Source: Eledone cirrhosa
Lineage: Eukaryota
DNA length: 64,000 bases
Direction: 5' to 3'
Assembly: GCA_964016885.1 (NCBI GenBank)
Contig: OZ024746.1
Span: 99,138,001 to 99,202,000 of the forward strand
Shown here: positions 13,830 to 27,853 of the stretch, in pieces
How the letters are laid out: every line of letters starts with the position of its first letter
How positions within the stretch are numbered: the first letter of the stretch is position 1
Notes under the pieces: model-generated
What the model was told of the DNA's origin: nothing
The model's database searches: none
Seen by the model: the letters and a program-made list of their open reading frames with translations, nothing else
Translations under genes and position numbers: made by a program

Positions 13830-14070
13830 ACAAACTCTTGGTATTTTTCAGTAAAAACGGCGAAGGGGAAATGCCAGATGGCTGGCACTCCGCGTGGGAA
13901 GGATTGAGTCATGTTTTTAATATGAGGCTTGAAATTGAGAAACGGATGGGTAGGTTGGTCCTGGACCGAGAGGGTAGGGCTCGGGCTTGATAGTTCAAAG
14001 GAGCAGAGGTTGTAGTATGTATCGACAAATTAGGGAAAGACGAAGACGGAACGTTTGTAAGCCAGTTTTT
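13830..14070 (-). mobile_element. Highly decayed CR1/Jockey-type LINE 3' fragment
   Basis: YYNLCSFELSS...THPF...SFPRG...W..PFAVF pattern in reverse translation. Confidence 0.4.
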
Positions 14071-14919
14071 TTTAAATGTTATGCCAGGAAGCAAAATGGC
14101 AGTACACATGTGTCTTTTCAGAGGCTCTGAATATCTGAAAATAAGTGAAGAGGATGATAAACACGACAAATACCAGTAATTTGGGTTAGATATATAACTT
14201 TACTTCACTTCAGCAAAAAGGAAAAGGAATATGATTACTTCGAATTATGAAAATATAAAGTTTGATTGTAGCACTTACAAATGAATATAGTGTTCACAAA
14301 GGCCTCTGTGTTTGCTGGAGAATCTTTGTTTAAAACGCTATGCTCGATTAAAAAGTGACAAGTTGTAGTCAGATAGTATTAGCAGCATAGGTAGTAGTAA
14401 GCTCGCAGTGCAAGGAAGCTATGTTGTCTATGTTAAGAGACTGTGGGTGAAGTGCTGATGGAAGAATTTCTGTCAGGCTCTTGTCGACAGGGCCGGAGTT
14501 TTTTTGTTGCTAAGTGCTACAATTTGCTACTTGCTTGAGCAGGTCGAAATGATGCTTCTCTTCCGAGACACCAGAGTCGAATGACCCAAAGAAAAAACTT
14601 ATCTCACTTTACCTCAAGTTGGCCAGCCTCTCCAGACTACTGACGCCAACCAAGATAAAGAGAAATAGCAGCCAGATGTCATTCGGGGATCAGTGTGTGC
14701 GAAGAAATTTCGCTACATGTCTTCCAATGATTGTAAAATTCCTTAATCCATTACCCCATCCGGGTACTTTATTCTATAGACCACGTAAGGATGAAAGGAG
14801 AAACTGGCTCAACGGGATTTGAACTTAGAAGACCGAGAGCCAAAACAAATACCACAAGACATTTTGTCCGACGCTTAAATGATCCTGCTAGATCACCACC
14901 TAGAAACTGCAGCGAGTTT

Positions 14920-15150
14920 TTTTTTCCAATCAATCTAATGGTTTTCTTTTGGATGCGGTGTGAGTGGGTAGTAGCTGCATCGTTCCAGGTGTACACATGC
15001 TGCTCTGCATTGGGTCTTATTTGAACCTTGTAGAAAGTCAGCAATTAATCAGTATTGAAATACGTTCTGGCCCTGAAAAGATTATCGAGTACTTGGGATT
15101 CAGCTTTAGTTATATTAACTACGCAGTGTTGCATCGCTATCTTGGTGGCT
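14920..15150 (-). mobile_element. CR1/Jockey-type LINE RT C-terminal fragment
   Basis: LLTFYKVQIRP...W...HRIQKKTIRLIG, resembling LYKA.IRP.LEY...W...LDRIQ..AIRLI. Confidence 0.7.
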
Positions 15151-15199
15151 TAATTTAATATCATTCACGCTTCTCGCATGCAGAATAATAAACTTCCTT

Positions 15200-15430
15200 T
15201 TGTCCGGCCGGTTCCTCTTTGCACGGGTCACCGTCGAGACCTCAGGCATACTTGGACTCCGAACTGCCGAGTTCCTCCACAAGATCGGAACGTCCGTGGC
15301 CCGGCTGAGGAAAGAGCCCCCACGAGGTGGGGTGGCTGTTGTAACGAGTGTCGCAAGCCATTATTCACAGGAATGCTTTTGCGGTCCTGTCCGCAGGGCG
15401 CAGTCCCATTACCACCTCGCCCTAGGCCCA
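15200..15430 (+). mobile_element. CRE-like LINE 3' fragment
   Basis: VTVETSGILGLRTAEFLHKIG. Confidence 0.7.
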
Positions 15431-16297
15431 GATGCCAATCCCCCTCTCCATCCCCCCCTCCCAATTTTCTGTGACACTAGAGCCCTTGGCATTCCCTTCC
15501 TTTTCTGCTTTTTTAAAAAAAATCTGACTCCTATATCTCTATTAAGTCTATCAATAAAAAAAAAAAGAAAGAGAACTGTGATCAAAAATGGTTTAGTTCA
15601 AAGCATTTAGGAGGGAGTTCGGCCTCTTCCCAATTGAAACGGCAAATTTAAACACAGGGGCAGATTTCAGTATAAAATATTATATTAGAGAACCAGATAC
15701 TTCTGAATTACCAAACCAAATATAGGAAAAAGAAAAAAATGAGAAAACAAATCAACAGCATTTTTTCGTTTATATATTTCCGAAATTAATCATGAGAAAT
15801 ATATTTCATCATAGTCTCAGGGATTTGACGGTTCTGTAATTTTACTCTTACATTGCTTGATGTCGGTTTAAGTTCTGTCAGATTTACATTAGTAACACCA
15901 TCATCAGCTAGGAAACTGGGTAGAGGGTATCTCATTGCCAACGTTTTTAGACCTCGTGATTAGTGTGAATTATTGCATATAGCTCTCCACTTCACTGAAA
16001 TATATATATTACTAAAACTCTGAGATTGCTTGCATGCTTCCTTGTCTCTAATGTAATACAGCCAAAAGGGCGCATAATGGGAAAAAACTTTGAAAGTCAG
16101 TTGACCCTGAAATGGGAATACAAATAGAATAAAACAAGTTTCGCGTAAATCAGAGCACGGGTTCGCGAGATACGGGGTTTTCCGGGTACCTTCATAAACA
16201 GAGAGAGCGAGAGAAGGATAGAGAGAAAGCGGTAGTGGTTGTGAGAGAGTAAATTGAAAGAGAGACATAGAGAGAGGGAGAGGAGATAGAGGAGGAG

Positions 16298-16330
<33 letters not shown>

Positions 16331-16465
16331 TGGTGGTGTTGTGTATATATATATATGTGAGTGTGTGTATATATATTTATGTGTGTGTGTGTGTGTGTGC
16401 GTGTGTGTCTATGACCAGTGTATATAGATCACAGACACCCATATATATATATATATATACACACA

Positions 16466-16500
<35 letters not shown>

Positions 16501-16619
16501 ACACACACATTTATATATATATATACATACATACTTGTATATGTATGAGCCTTCCACTTTCATTTCACATTATATACATGTCTGTGTATATTTTAATTAT
16601 TCAAAAATTACTTTAAGTA

Positions 16620-16650
<31 letters not shown>

Positions 16651-16764
16651 TTAGCGCTTCTTCTACAATAGATTATAAATAAATGATGAAATTCTTCAGG
16701 ATTCCTACGTCTCTCAAGGATATACCACTACCATCAGCATGGGATTTTATTCTTTCCATCTCAT

Positions 16765-17765
16765 ATAGGATGGAAAGAATAAAATATAATGACTTAATTT
16801 TAAATGAATTGAGGAAAAATTATAAAAATACCCCAAGTGAGTATTTATTGGACATTAATAATGAGGCATTCAAAATTATCACCAATCTTGGAATAGAGCG
16901 GAAGACAGAATCTTTCATACCAAAACAGCCGCGGATTAATTTTAAAGACCATAAAAGAAACTTTGAGGAGGATTTACCAGTAAGACTCATAGCACCTTCT
17001 AAATCCGATCTTGGAATAATTAGTAAAAATATAATAAATAGGATTTTACCAACACTTAAATTGAAATCACAGCTAAATCTATGGAAAGGCACAAGTGAAG
17101 TTATAGATTGGTTCATAAATATTAAACATAAAAATAATTATAATTTCATTCAAATGGATATAGCCAGTTATTATTCCTCGATAACTCCAAATCTATTAAA
17201 TAAGGCGCTATCATATGCATATAAACACACAGACCTATCTAGTGAGGAGATAAATATTATATTAATAGCAAGGTGAACCTTGATTGATTTTAATAATGAT
17301 CTTTGGACTAGGGCAAATAGACAGAAGAATTTTGACATAACTATGGGTTCATCAGATTCGGCGCAAGTTACAGATCTTATGGGCATTTTTATCCTTAACA
17401 TGATAAATAGAAAATTGCAGGAGATTACCGGAGGTTTATACAGGGACGACATACTATTTATTGTAGAAAAAAATAACAATAGTGAATTAAATAGAGTAAA
17501 GAAAGCAATTATAGAATTTTTTTAAAATTATGACCTGAAATTAGAAGTAGAAAATAATAATAAAATAGTCAATTTTTTAGATGTGACTCTAAATCCGAAA
17601 TCAGGCCTTTATTATCCTTTCCATAAAGTCAATGAGAACTTAAATTATGTTAGTTTTTATTCTAATCATCCTAAAAGTGTTAAGAACGCAATAGTCAACA
17701 GTGAACAACAACGAATATCCAGCCTATCTGCTAATAGATCCATATTTAATAGTAAGGCTTTTTTA
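16765..17765 (+). pseudogene. Penelope-like element reverse transcriptase, Naiad-type, decayed
   Basis: One frame with two stops (TGA 17274, TAA 17523): KDHKRNF..VRLIAPSKSDLG, LNLWKGTSEVIDWF, FIQMDIASYYSSI, FDITMGS, GLYRDD, VNFLDVTL, SNHP. Confidence 0.85.
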
Positions 17766-18145
17766 TTCCCCTCTATTTAAAGATTTTCTTCTTCTTTTTC
17801 TTCGTTTTTCTTTATTCCCCTTCGTTTTCTCTTTATTCTCCCCACATCTTCCCCTCTCTTTTGTCTTTAATCCTCTTTTCTTTTATATATTTCTTTTCTT
17901 CTTTTATTCATTCATCCATTTGTTTATTTATTTATTTATTCATTTATTCCTTTATTTATTGGTTTATTTCTTGCCTTTTCATTTTCTTTGAAACCCCCTT
18001 CTATATTTCTAACTTGCTCTATGTCCTTTTCTTCTTTAAGTTTTATTTGTGGCATAAAAACGTTGAGATTTGATGAAATAAACCACTGCCAATACTGGAA
18101 TTGAATAATCAAAACCGTAGCGGTATGTCACATATCAATCATATA

Positions 18146-18204
18146 TTTTGTCTGATGAAAACGTACTTAAACACCATTGTACCTTTGAAATATATATAAT
18201 AAAA
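18146..18204 (+). ncRNA. Type-I hammerhead ribozyme, family A, downstream of the PLE RT
   Basis: ttttgt-CTGATGA-aaacgtac...gtaccttt-GAA-ATATATAT-A-ataaaa. Confidence 0.7.
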
Positions 18205-18329
18205 TTTATATTTTGATTATGAGAATATTTTTCATTTATTTACTTTTTGGTACTTATCAATGTTCACTACCCCTTCTGTCTGCTGAAAATTATGTGTGTT
18301 GGATTCTTATAGAATCCCAGTAATAATCA

Positions 18330-18610
18330 GGAACTGATTATACAGAGCGGTCGCCGGTCCAGCAGAAATTGTGGTAGACTGAGGTTAGCCGGACATGCTC
18401 ACCGACATCCAGAGTTGACACTGCACTCAGTGCTCCTGTGGAGCCCCTACATGGAGACACTGGAACAGGAAGACCAAGGTTAACGTATGTTGATGCCCTA
18501 AGGTCTGTTGGAGACGCAGTACATGGCAGCGATAATGAGGGACAGAGACCGCTGGAGAGAACTCGTCCATGGATCTCGGGAATTTTATCCGCCCTAGATA
18601 GATAGATATA
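18330..18610 (+). mobile_element. RTEX-like LINE extreme 3' end with (TAGA)n tail
   Basis: [14 protein letters not shown]...LLWSP...TYVDAL translation. Confidence 0.65.
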
Positions 18611-18858
18611 TGTATGTATATATATGTATATATATATATATTTTGTATATATATATATGTATATGTACGTATATATATGTATATGTATATGTATGTATAT
18701 ATATATATATGTATGTATATATATATATACGTATATGCATGTATATGTATATGAATGTATATGTATGTCAATGTATGTGTATGTCTATGTATGTGTATGT
18801 ATATGTATGTGTAAGTATATGTATGTAAATGTATATGTATGTATATATATATATATGT

Positions 18859-19140
18859 ACTAGCAGTGTATCCCGGCGTTACACGGGTTTGAACATTGGT
18901 AATAGCACCTCCAATGAGAAACGTTTATTTGTGAGTGCCTGCTAAAAACTCACGAAAATATACCGACAGGAAACTTGTTTTATTTGGAGAAAATTAAGAA
19001 GTTGAAAGTACAGTTTAGCTGTCTACGTGTATTGTTCATAGAAATATTGTTGAGCCTCTTCTTTTCATATTCCTTCTGTGACAGTTGTCCCCCGGCGTTT
19101 CCACTCTGTTTTGGCCTATTCGTGAGAAACAACTAGGAAG
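18859..19140 (-). mobile_element. Non-autonomous Helitron-like element (3' end at 18860)
   Basis: actag followed by hairpin cccg-gcgttaca-cggg is the reverse complement of a hairpin+CTAGT Helitron terminus; other end uncertain. Confidence 0.55.
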
Positions 19141-19159
19141 GTCATATATATATATATAT

Positions 19160-19207
<48 letters not shown>

Positions 19208-19210
19208 ACG

Positions 19211-19246
<36 letters not shown>

Positions 19247-19339
19247 ACGTGTATGTATATGTATATGTATATATGTATATATATATATATGTATATATGT
19301 ATATGTGTATATATGTATGTATATATGTATATGTGTAAG

Positions 19340-19380
<41 letters not shown>

Positions 19381-19512
19381 ATGTGTAAGTATATATATGT
19401 ATTTCAGTAAGTATATATATATATGTAAATGTATATATATGATGTATATATATTAGTCCAGAAATAGCCGTCGAAACGGCGTGAGCTCTTCTGTCGGGGT
19501 CATACTTTTTCC

Positions 19513-19589
<77 letters not shown>

Positions 19590-20334
19590 ATATATATATT
19601 CACACACATGTTTTAACTGAGTGATATATAAATATATAAATGTATATTGCATATATGTACAACATAATAGCGATGGCAATGCTATACATTAGAGAAACAT
19701 AACTGAGACATAGTGACACAAACATGTTAGCCCAAGAGTGCAATTACTCTTTGAGTTGATGAGAATAATAAAAAATTTCTCTTTGCTCCGCAGTGGAATT
19801 TGCTGTAATATGATATTGAAAATATTATTTCAAATATTTTGAAAAGAAAGTTTATTGTGTGCTTTTAATTTTGTGTTTCTCTGAGTACAAACTTTATTCG
19901 GTTTTGACAGGATTAGGCAAGCCTTAAACTTTACGCGGGATAGAATAATTGGAATTTCAAAACACCCGTTAGGGTAATTATCACGCCAGAAAAGCGAAAG
20001 AAACAGGATTTTCCGGTTACCAAGCAATGAGTAAATTATGAAACAATCACGAGGTTATTTGACAACGATTATAAATCATCCAGAATTATTTTAGACAAAA
20101 TCATGTGCTTCTGCGACTTTGAAAATATGGTTGTATAGGGCGTGTGAAATGACTTCAGTGAATTACACGTCTTGCAATGTCAAGCAATTCTGAGAGTTGT
20201 TACTTAGTATTTAAATTATGTCTCCTTTGAGGGGTGAAACGGGCATCTGTGATGGGATTTACGGATCTTGATATTTGTGCTGGGGTGTGTATTTAGCGTC
20301 ATATTATGTGATGGGTGAGGTCATACCCCATACA

Positions 20335-20575
20335 TAACCATCGTCATAACACCACGACCACCACCCGCCAATATTATCATCATCATCACCACCATACCAC
20401 CACCATCCGCCACTATAATAATTATCATCATTATTACCATACCACCACCATCACCATCACCACCCACCACTATCATTATCACCAGACCACCATCACGACC
20501 TCCATCACCATACCACCACCACCACCACCACCACCACCAATCACCACCATCACCAATCACCAACACCAACCACCA
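20335..20575. repeat. (CAC/CAT)n low-complexity tract
   Basis: Directly visible. Confidence 0.9.
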
Positions 20576-20936
20576 AATAACACTAAACTTCATTAATCGA
20601 CCTTTCATACACTTTCCATTCTCAGTCTTCGAATTACGTTTTACGCCAGTCACTATTTTGGTAACAATATTTAAGGAGAATGGTAAATTTTGACGAAAAT
20701 TTAGGTCAATTACTCTTAAGTCTTGAATAATCGTCTCCCACCGGTTTATTAATTTTTAAGATCCCGCACCCTCCACTTATTAAATATTTTTAATCTATCT
20801 CCGGCGAAATTTTATTGTAAGTGATTCATATTGATACAGCAGCTGGAGAATATAATAATAATTTTATTTTACATTAAAAAAAACAAACATTATATATAAG
20901 AACAGAAGTAGTAAAAATAGGTTAATAATAATAATT

Positions 20937-21330
20937 CTTTCTACTTTTGGCACAAGGCCAGCAATAACTCCAGTGTATTACTGGTACTTTATTTTATTGA
21001 CCCCGTAAGGATGAAAGGCAAAGTTAACCTCGGTGGTATTTGAACTCAGATAATAAAGGGCCGTAACTCTATGCTGTAAAGCATGGCATTCGACACTCTA
21101 CCGATAATAATAATAATTGTTCCTACTTTAGGCCCAAGGCCAGCAATTTGGGGGAGGGGGAAAGGTGATTAAATCGACCCCAGTGTATTACTGGTGCTTT
21201 ATTTTATTGACCCTGTAAGGATGAAAGCCAAAGCTAACCTTGGCGGGATTTGAACTCATAACGCAAAGAGTCATAACTCTCTGCTGCAAAGCATGGCATC
21301 CAACCCTCTACCGATACTGCCAATCCACCA
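20937..21330 (-). mobile_element. Two tandem tRNA-SINE copies (main family)
   Basis: Reverse-complement consensus at 20937-21105 and 21116-21330. Confidence 0.85.
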
Positions 21331-21419
21331 AAAGAAATATATTAATCATATGACAGGCCAAATTGTTATTGAGGAAGTAATAGTTTTCTTAATTTAATTA
21401 TTATCAGTACTCAAGTTAG

Positions 21420-21678
21420 AAATATCACACAATCATATCAAATATCACACAATCATATCAAATATCACACAATCATATCAAATATCACACAATCATATCA
21501 AATATCACACAATCATATCAAATATCACACAATCATATCAAATATCACACAATCATATCAAATATCACACAATCATATCAAATATCACACAATCATATCA
21601 AATATCACACAATCATATCAAATATCACACAATCATATCAAATATCACACAATCATATCAAATATCACACAATCATAT
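21420..21678. repeat. Perfect 20-bp minisatellite (aaatatcacacaatcatatc) x~13
   Basis: Directly visible; no spacers. Confidence 0.97.
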
Positions 21679-21904
21679 TGGCAGTGTTTTCTACATTGTT
21701 GTCTGGCTGAGAAATTACACAAAAATATGGAATGACGGACTTAATAAAATTTAATGAAGTCGTTGAGTTTCTCCCAGTATTGGCAATACTCATTGAAACT
21801 AATTATGGGGGTCTCTTAAACATTCTACCTTTGTATGTACATATGTAGAAACAGTTTTATTTGTGAAACTTCCAACACACTGCACACACAGACACACACA
21901 CACA

Positions 21905-21948
<44 letters not shown>

Positions 21949-21955
21949 TATATAC

Positions 21956-22056
<101 letters not shown>

Positions 22057-22238
22057 TATATATATTAAAATAACAGATTAAAGTTTAAGCAAAGAATCGC
22101 TGCTTTCACCCTTAACGGGATCTTCTGAAACGATAATCTGTCATTTTAATAAATATTTGCTCTAGGGTTCTTATACATTTGATATATATTTATCCTTATA
22201 GAGCCCTTTTGGATTTTAGTCTTCACATTTATTATTAT

Positions 22239-22289
<51 letters not shown>

Positions 22290-22290
<1 letters not shown>

Positions 22291-22410
22291 CAGTCGATCG
22301 ACTTTCGCCAAACCGGACCAAGGAAACAAAGTGTCTTGCTGAAGGATATAACGCTGTACAAGGTTCAGGAATTGAACTCACAACATCACGATTGCGAATT
22401 CAACCAATTC
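22290..22410 (-). mobile_element. Internally deleted copy of the second tRNA-SINE family
   Basis: Matches both ends of 56990-57212. Confidence 0.65.
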
Positions 22411-22426
22411 TCTCAGTGTCACGCAC

Positions 22427-22499
<73 letters not shown>

Positions 22500-22707
22500 A
22501 TGTCACAGGAAAATGTGTGACGAAAGAACTTTGAGAAATTATACTTATATTTTTAACTGTTGGTCAATCAATGGTAAACATTGATTGCCAGCTAAATTAT
22601 TAATAGAAAATAAAAAGATATACTGAAACAAAAAACAAACAAAACAGTGCTGTGTGTCTAACTATTTAAACCATATTAGGACAACATGACTCTCCCTAAA
22701 TATAAGA

Positions 22708-22738
<31 letters not shown>

Positions 22739-22784
22739 CAATGATATTAAATAAATGGAAACTATGTTTATAAAACCATATTTA

Positions 22785-22843
22785 TTTTATTATACATATT
22801 TCAAGGGTACCAAAACACATTGGTACGCTTTCCTCAGATAAAA
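22785..22843 (-). ncRNA. Type-I hammerhead ribozyme, family A
   Basis: ttttat-CTGAGGA-aag(c)gtacca...tggtac(c)ctt-GAA-ATATGTAT-A-ataaaa; perfect 6-bp stem I. Confidence 0.75.
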
Positions 22844-23197
22844 TGGAAAGTTTGTTTTATAAATAGGGGTTCTCCTACATGGATATAAAGTAGTGGCCGT
22901 ACTCGAAAACGAGTTGGCAGCCACCATGTATGTATGTACGTATGTATGTTCTTTTGGTTTTATGATTTTATAAAGTTTTACCAATAGAGAGAGAGTTCGT
23001 TTCTAACATAAACACAAGACTCTCTCATTGGAATTTACACAATATCAACTAGGTAGATATGTATGCATGTCTTAAGGCATGCATGTGTGTGCAGGTATGG
23101 ATGTTATTGTATGTGTGGATGTTTATGTTTTGAGTTGTATGTGTGCATGTGTATTTTTTCTATCTGTACATGTGAAAGTAATGCTATACTGTTTCTA

Positions 23198-23630
23198 AGG
23201 GTGGTGGACTGGCAGAATTGGAGCGTCGGTAAAAAAGGCAATTTCATTAATTGTTGCATCTCTTTACGTTTTGTGTTCAAACTCCGCAGAGGTAAAGTTC
23301 GGCTTTCATCCACCCAGGGTCGATAGAATATAATACCAGCTAAGTACAGGCATTGATTTAATAACATTTTCCCTTCCTTCCAACATTTGCAGTCCTTCTA
23401 CCTAAATTAGAAATCATTAGAAATGTTAAACTGGTACTAAGGGCGGTGGAGCGTCGGATAACATGCTTTATTACATAAAGTTATGGCGCTAAGTTCAAAT
23501 CCTATCGAGGTTAGCTTTGCAATTCATCTTTTCGGGGTCGATAAAATAAAGTACCAGTATCACACTGGAGTCGTATTAATCGACTCCCCGCCCAAATTGT
23601 TGGCCGTGCGCCTAAATTAGAAACCATTAT
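23198..23630 (+). mobile_element. Two tRNA-SINE copies
   Basis: A/B boxes and gtcgata..aagtaccag core. Confidence 0.75.
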
Positions 23631-23660
23631 CATGGTGGTTCTAATGCTGAGGGGGGGAGG

Positions 23661-24575
23661 GGCGAATTGGCAGAGTGGTTAGAACGTCAGATAGAATGGT
23701 AGAGTGGTTAGAACGTCAGATAGAATGGTAGAGTGGTTAGAACGTCAGATAGAATGGTAGAGTGGTTAGAACGTCAGATAGAATGGCAGAGTGGTTAGAA
23801 CGTCAGATAGAATGGCAGAGTGGTTAGAACGTCAGATAGAATGGTAGAGTGGTTAAAACGTCAGATAGAATGGTAGAGTGGTTAGAACGTCAGATAGAAT
23901 GGCAGAGTGGTTAGAACGTCAGATAGAATGGTAGAGTGGTTAGAACGTCAGATAGAATGACAGAGTCGTTAGAACGTCACATAGAATGGTAGAGTGGTTA
24001 GAACGTCAGATAGAATGGTAGAGTGGTTAAAACGTCAGATAGAATGGTAGAGTGGTTAGAACGTCAGATAGAATGGTAGAGTGATTAGAACGTCAGGTAG
24101 AATGGCAGAGTGGTTAGAACGTTAGATAGAATGGTAGAGTGGTTAGAACGTTAGATAGAATGGTAGAGTGGTTAGAACGTCAGATAGAATGGTAGAGTGG
24201 TTAGAACGTCAGATAGAATGGCAGAGTCGTTAGAACGTCAGATAGAATGGTAGAGTCGTTAGAACGTCACATAGAATGCTTTATGGTATTCGTTCCGGCT
24301 TTCTGCTCTCTGAGTTCAAATCCCACCGAGGTCAACTTTGCCTTTCATCCTTTCAAGGTCGATTAAAAAAAGTACCAGTCTAGTACTGGGGTCGATTCTT
24401 CCTCTATATCTCTTCCTCATTTCCTCTCTCTCACTTTCTATCTTTCCCTGGAAGAAATCCGCTGTACTCAGGCCTGGAGACAGGTGGGTTCTGCTACGTT
24501 TTAAATGCCCAAGAAACGTCGAATGTCAATACGACATCCCTAAAACTCTATCAGGAGAGTTACGGATCCATACTA
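23661..24575 (+). mobile_element. tRNA-SINE (subfamily B) with its 29-bp A-box segment amplified ~21x (23669-24278)
   Basis: Unit ggtagagtggttagaacgtcagatagaat; unamplified relatives at 35893 and 50905; B-box follows the array. Confidence 0.9.
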
Positions 24576-24679
24576 TAAATATAGTACCAGTCTAATATCC
24601 TCTATATCTCTTTCTCGTTCTTCCTCTTTCACATTCTATCTCCCTACGGCGCTGCTACGACTCTAACAGAAGTTACAGC

Positions 24680-26003
24680 ACCATACCATACCATACCATA
24701 CCATACCATACCATACCATACCATACCACACCACACCATACCACACCATACCATATCATACCATAACATACCATACCATACCATACCACACCATACCATA
24801 CCATACCATACCACAACATACCACACCATACCATACCATACCATACCATACCATACCACACCATACCACACCACACCATACCACACCATACCATACCATA
24901 CCATACCACACCATACCACACCATACCATACCATACCATACCACAACATACCACACCATACCATACCATACCACACCATACCATACCACACCATACCATA
25001 CCACACCATACCACACCATACCACACCATACCACACCACACCATACCACACCATACCACACCATACCATACCACACCATACCACACCATACCATACCATA
25101 CCATACCATACCATACCACACCATACCACACCACACCATACCACACCATACCATACCATACCATACCATACCATACCATACCATACCATACCACACCATA
25201 CCATACCATACCATACCATACCATACCATACCATACCACAACATACCACACCATACCACACCATACCATACCACACCATACCACACCATACCACACCATA
25301 CCACACCATACCATACCATACCATACCACACCATACCACAACATACCACACCATACCATACCATACCATACCATACCACAACATACCACACCATACCACA
25401 CCATACCATACCACACCATACCACACCATACCACACCATACCATACCATACCACACCATACCACACCATACCATACCATACCATACCATACCATACCACA
25501 CCACACCACACCATACCATACCATACCATACCATACCATACCATACCATACCACAACATACCACACCATACCACACCATACCATACCACACCATACCACA
25601 CCATACCACACCATACCATACCACACCATACCACACCATACCACACCATACCATACCATACCACACCATACCACACCATACCACACCATACCATACCATA
25701 CCACACCATACCACACCATACCATACCATACCATACCATACCACACCACACTACACCATACCATACCATACCATACCACACCATACCACACCATACCATA
25801 CCATACCATACCATACCACACCACACCATACCACACCATACCATACCATACCATACCATACCACACCACACCACACCATACCATACCATACCACGCCATA
25901 CCACACCATACCACACCATACCACACCATACCATACCACACCATACCACACCATACCACACCATACCACACCATACCATACCATACCATACCATACCATA
26001 CCA
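24680..26003. repeat. (CCATA/CCACA)n pentanucleotide satellite
   Basis: Directly visible. Confidence 0.98.
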
Positions 26004-26200
26004 ATGCCGAGGGAACTGATATAAACCATAAACAGTTGACTATTTCCATGAACATCTGTAGCTTCATGTGTTCAGTGAGTGAAATGTTGATTGTTTACGA
26101 ATATCACATTAAGTGTATCTGATCTCTTCAGTGGGAAGTAGGAGACCAGATTAAACAAACAACATTAAGGTAACTATCTTATCTATGTTACATTTGATTT

Positions 26201-27300
26201 CACACGCGCGCACGTATGCACACTCACACGCACATATACACACTCACACGCACATATACACACACACGCGCACGTATACACACCCACGCGCACGTATACA
26301 CACACACGCGCACATATACACACTCACACGCACATATACACACTCACACGCACATATACACACACACGCGCACGTATACACACCCACGCGCACGTATACA
26401 CACACACGCGCACATATACACACTCACACGCACATATACACACTCACACACACATATACACACTCACACGCACATATACACACACACGCGCACGTATACA
26501 CACCCACGCGCACGTATACACACACACGCGCACATATACACACTCACACGCACATATACACACTCACACGCACATGTACACACTCACACGCACATATACA
26601 CACACACGCGCACGTATACACACACACGCGCACGTATACACACGCACGCGCACATATACACACTCACACGCACGTATACACACTCACACACGCATATACA
26701 CACACACGCGCACGTATACACACACACGCGCACGTATACACACACACGCGCACATATACACACTCACACGCACATATACACACTCACACGCACATATACA
26801 CACTCACACGCACGTGTACACACTCACACGCACATATACACACTCACACGCACATATACACACACACGCGCACGTATACACACCCACGCGCACGTATACA
26901 CACACACGCGCACATATACGCACTTACACGCACATATACACACACACGCGCACGTATACACACCCACGCGCACGTATACACACACACGCGCACGTATACA
27001 CACCCACGCGCACGTATACACACACACACACGCATACACACTCATACGCACATATACACACACACGCGCACGTATACACACCCACGCGCACGTATACACA
27101 CACACACACGCATACACACTCATACGCACATATACACACACACGCGCACGTATACACACCCACGCGCACGTATACACACACACACGCATACACACTCACA
27201 CGCACGTATACACACTCACACGCACATATACACACTCACACGCACATATACACACACACGCGCACATATACACACACACGCGCACGTATACACACACACT
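26201..27300. repeat. 20-bp CA-rich minisatellite (cactcacacgcacatataca variants)
   Basis: Directly visible. Confidence 0.95.
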
Positions 27301-27360
27301 CACTTATATGTATGTCTATATTCTGATCTCTACATATCAAACTCCCCCATAACACTCTCT

Positions 27361-27580
27361 TACTACTACTACTACCACCACCACCACCACCACCACCACT
27401 ACTACTACTACCACCACCACCACCACCACCACTACTACTACTACTACTACCACCACCATCACCACCACCACTACCACCACCACCACCACTACTACTACTA
27501 CTGCTACTACAACAACTACTACTGCTACGCCTCCTCCTTCTTCTTCGCCTCCTCCTTCTTCTTCTTCTTCTTCTTCTTCT
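27361..27580. repeat. (TAC)/(CAC)/(TTC) compound trinucleotide tract
   Basis: Directly visible. Confidence 0.9.
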
Positions 27581-27666
27581 CCTAGGCAAGGGAGTATTCC
27601 CTATAAATATCAAACGGAGATTTCAAAAAGATCCATTAATATCTGTTTCATGCTAGATATGAAAAT

Positions 27667-27853
27667 AATTGTTTCTACTTTTGGCACAAGGCCAGCAATT
27701 ACCCCAGTGTATTACTGGTACTATATTTTATCGACCCCGTAAGGATGAAAAGCAAAGTTAACCTCGGCGGGATTTGAACTCAGAACATAAAGGGCCGTAA
27801 CTCTATGCTGCAAAGCATGGCGTCCGACCCTCTACCGATACTGCCAATCCGCC
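27667..27853 (-). mobile_element. tRNA-SINE (main family), near-consensus
   Basis: Full-length reverse complement. Confidence 0.9.

Noticed and set aside
17274-17276. In-frame TGA in the Naiad-type RT as possible selenocysteine
   Set aside because: It appears to fall at a basic-residue position (AR*TL) rather than a conserved Cys, a TAA stop follows in the same frame, and no convincing SECIS was seen; decay is more likely
21420-21678. Regular 20-41 bp arrays as CRISPR-like loci (also 23669, 29732, 40393, 43377)
   Set aside because: Head-to-tail units with no unique spacers, eukaryotic context, no cas genes
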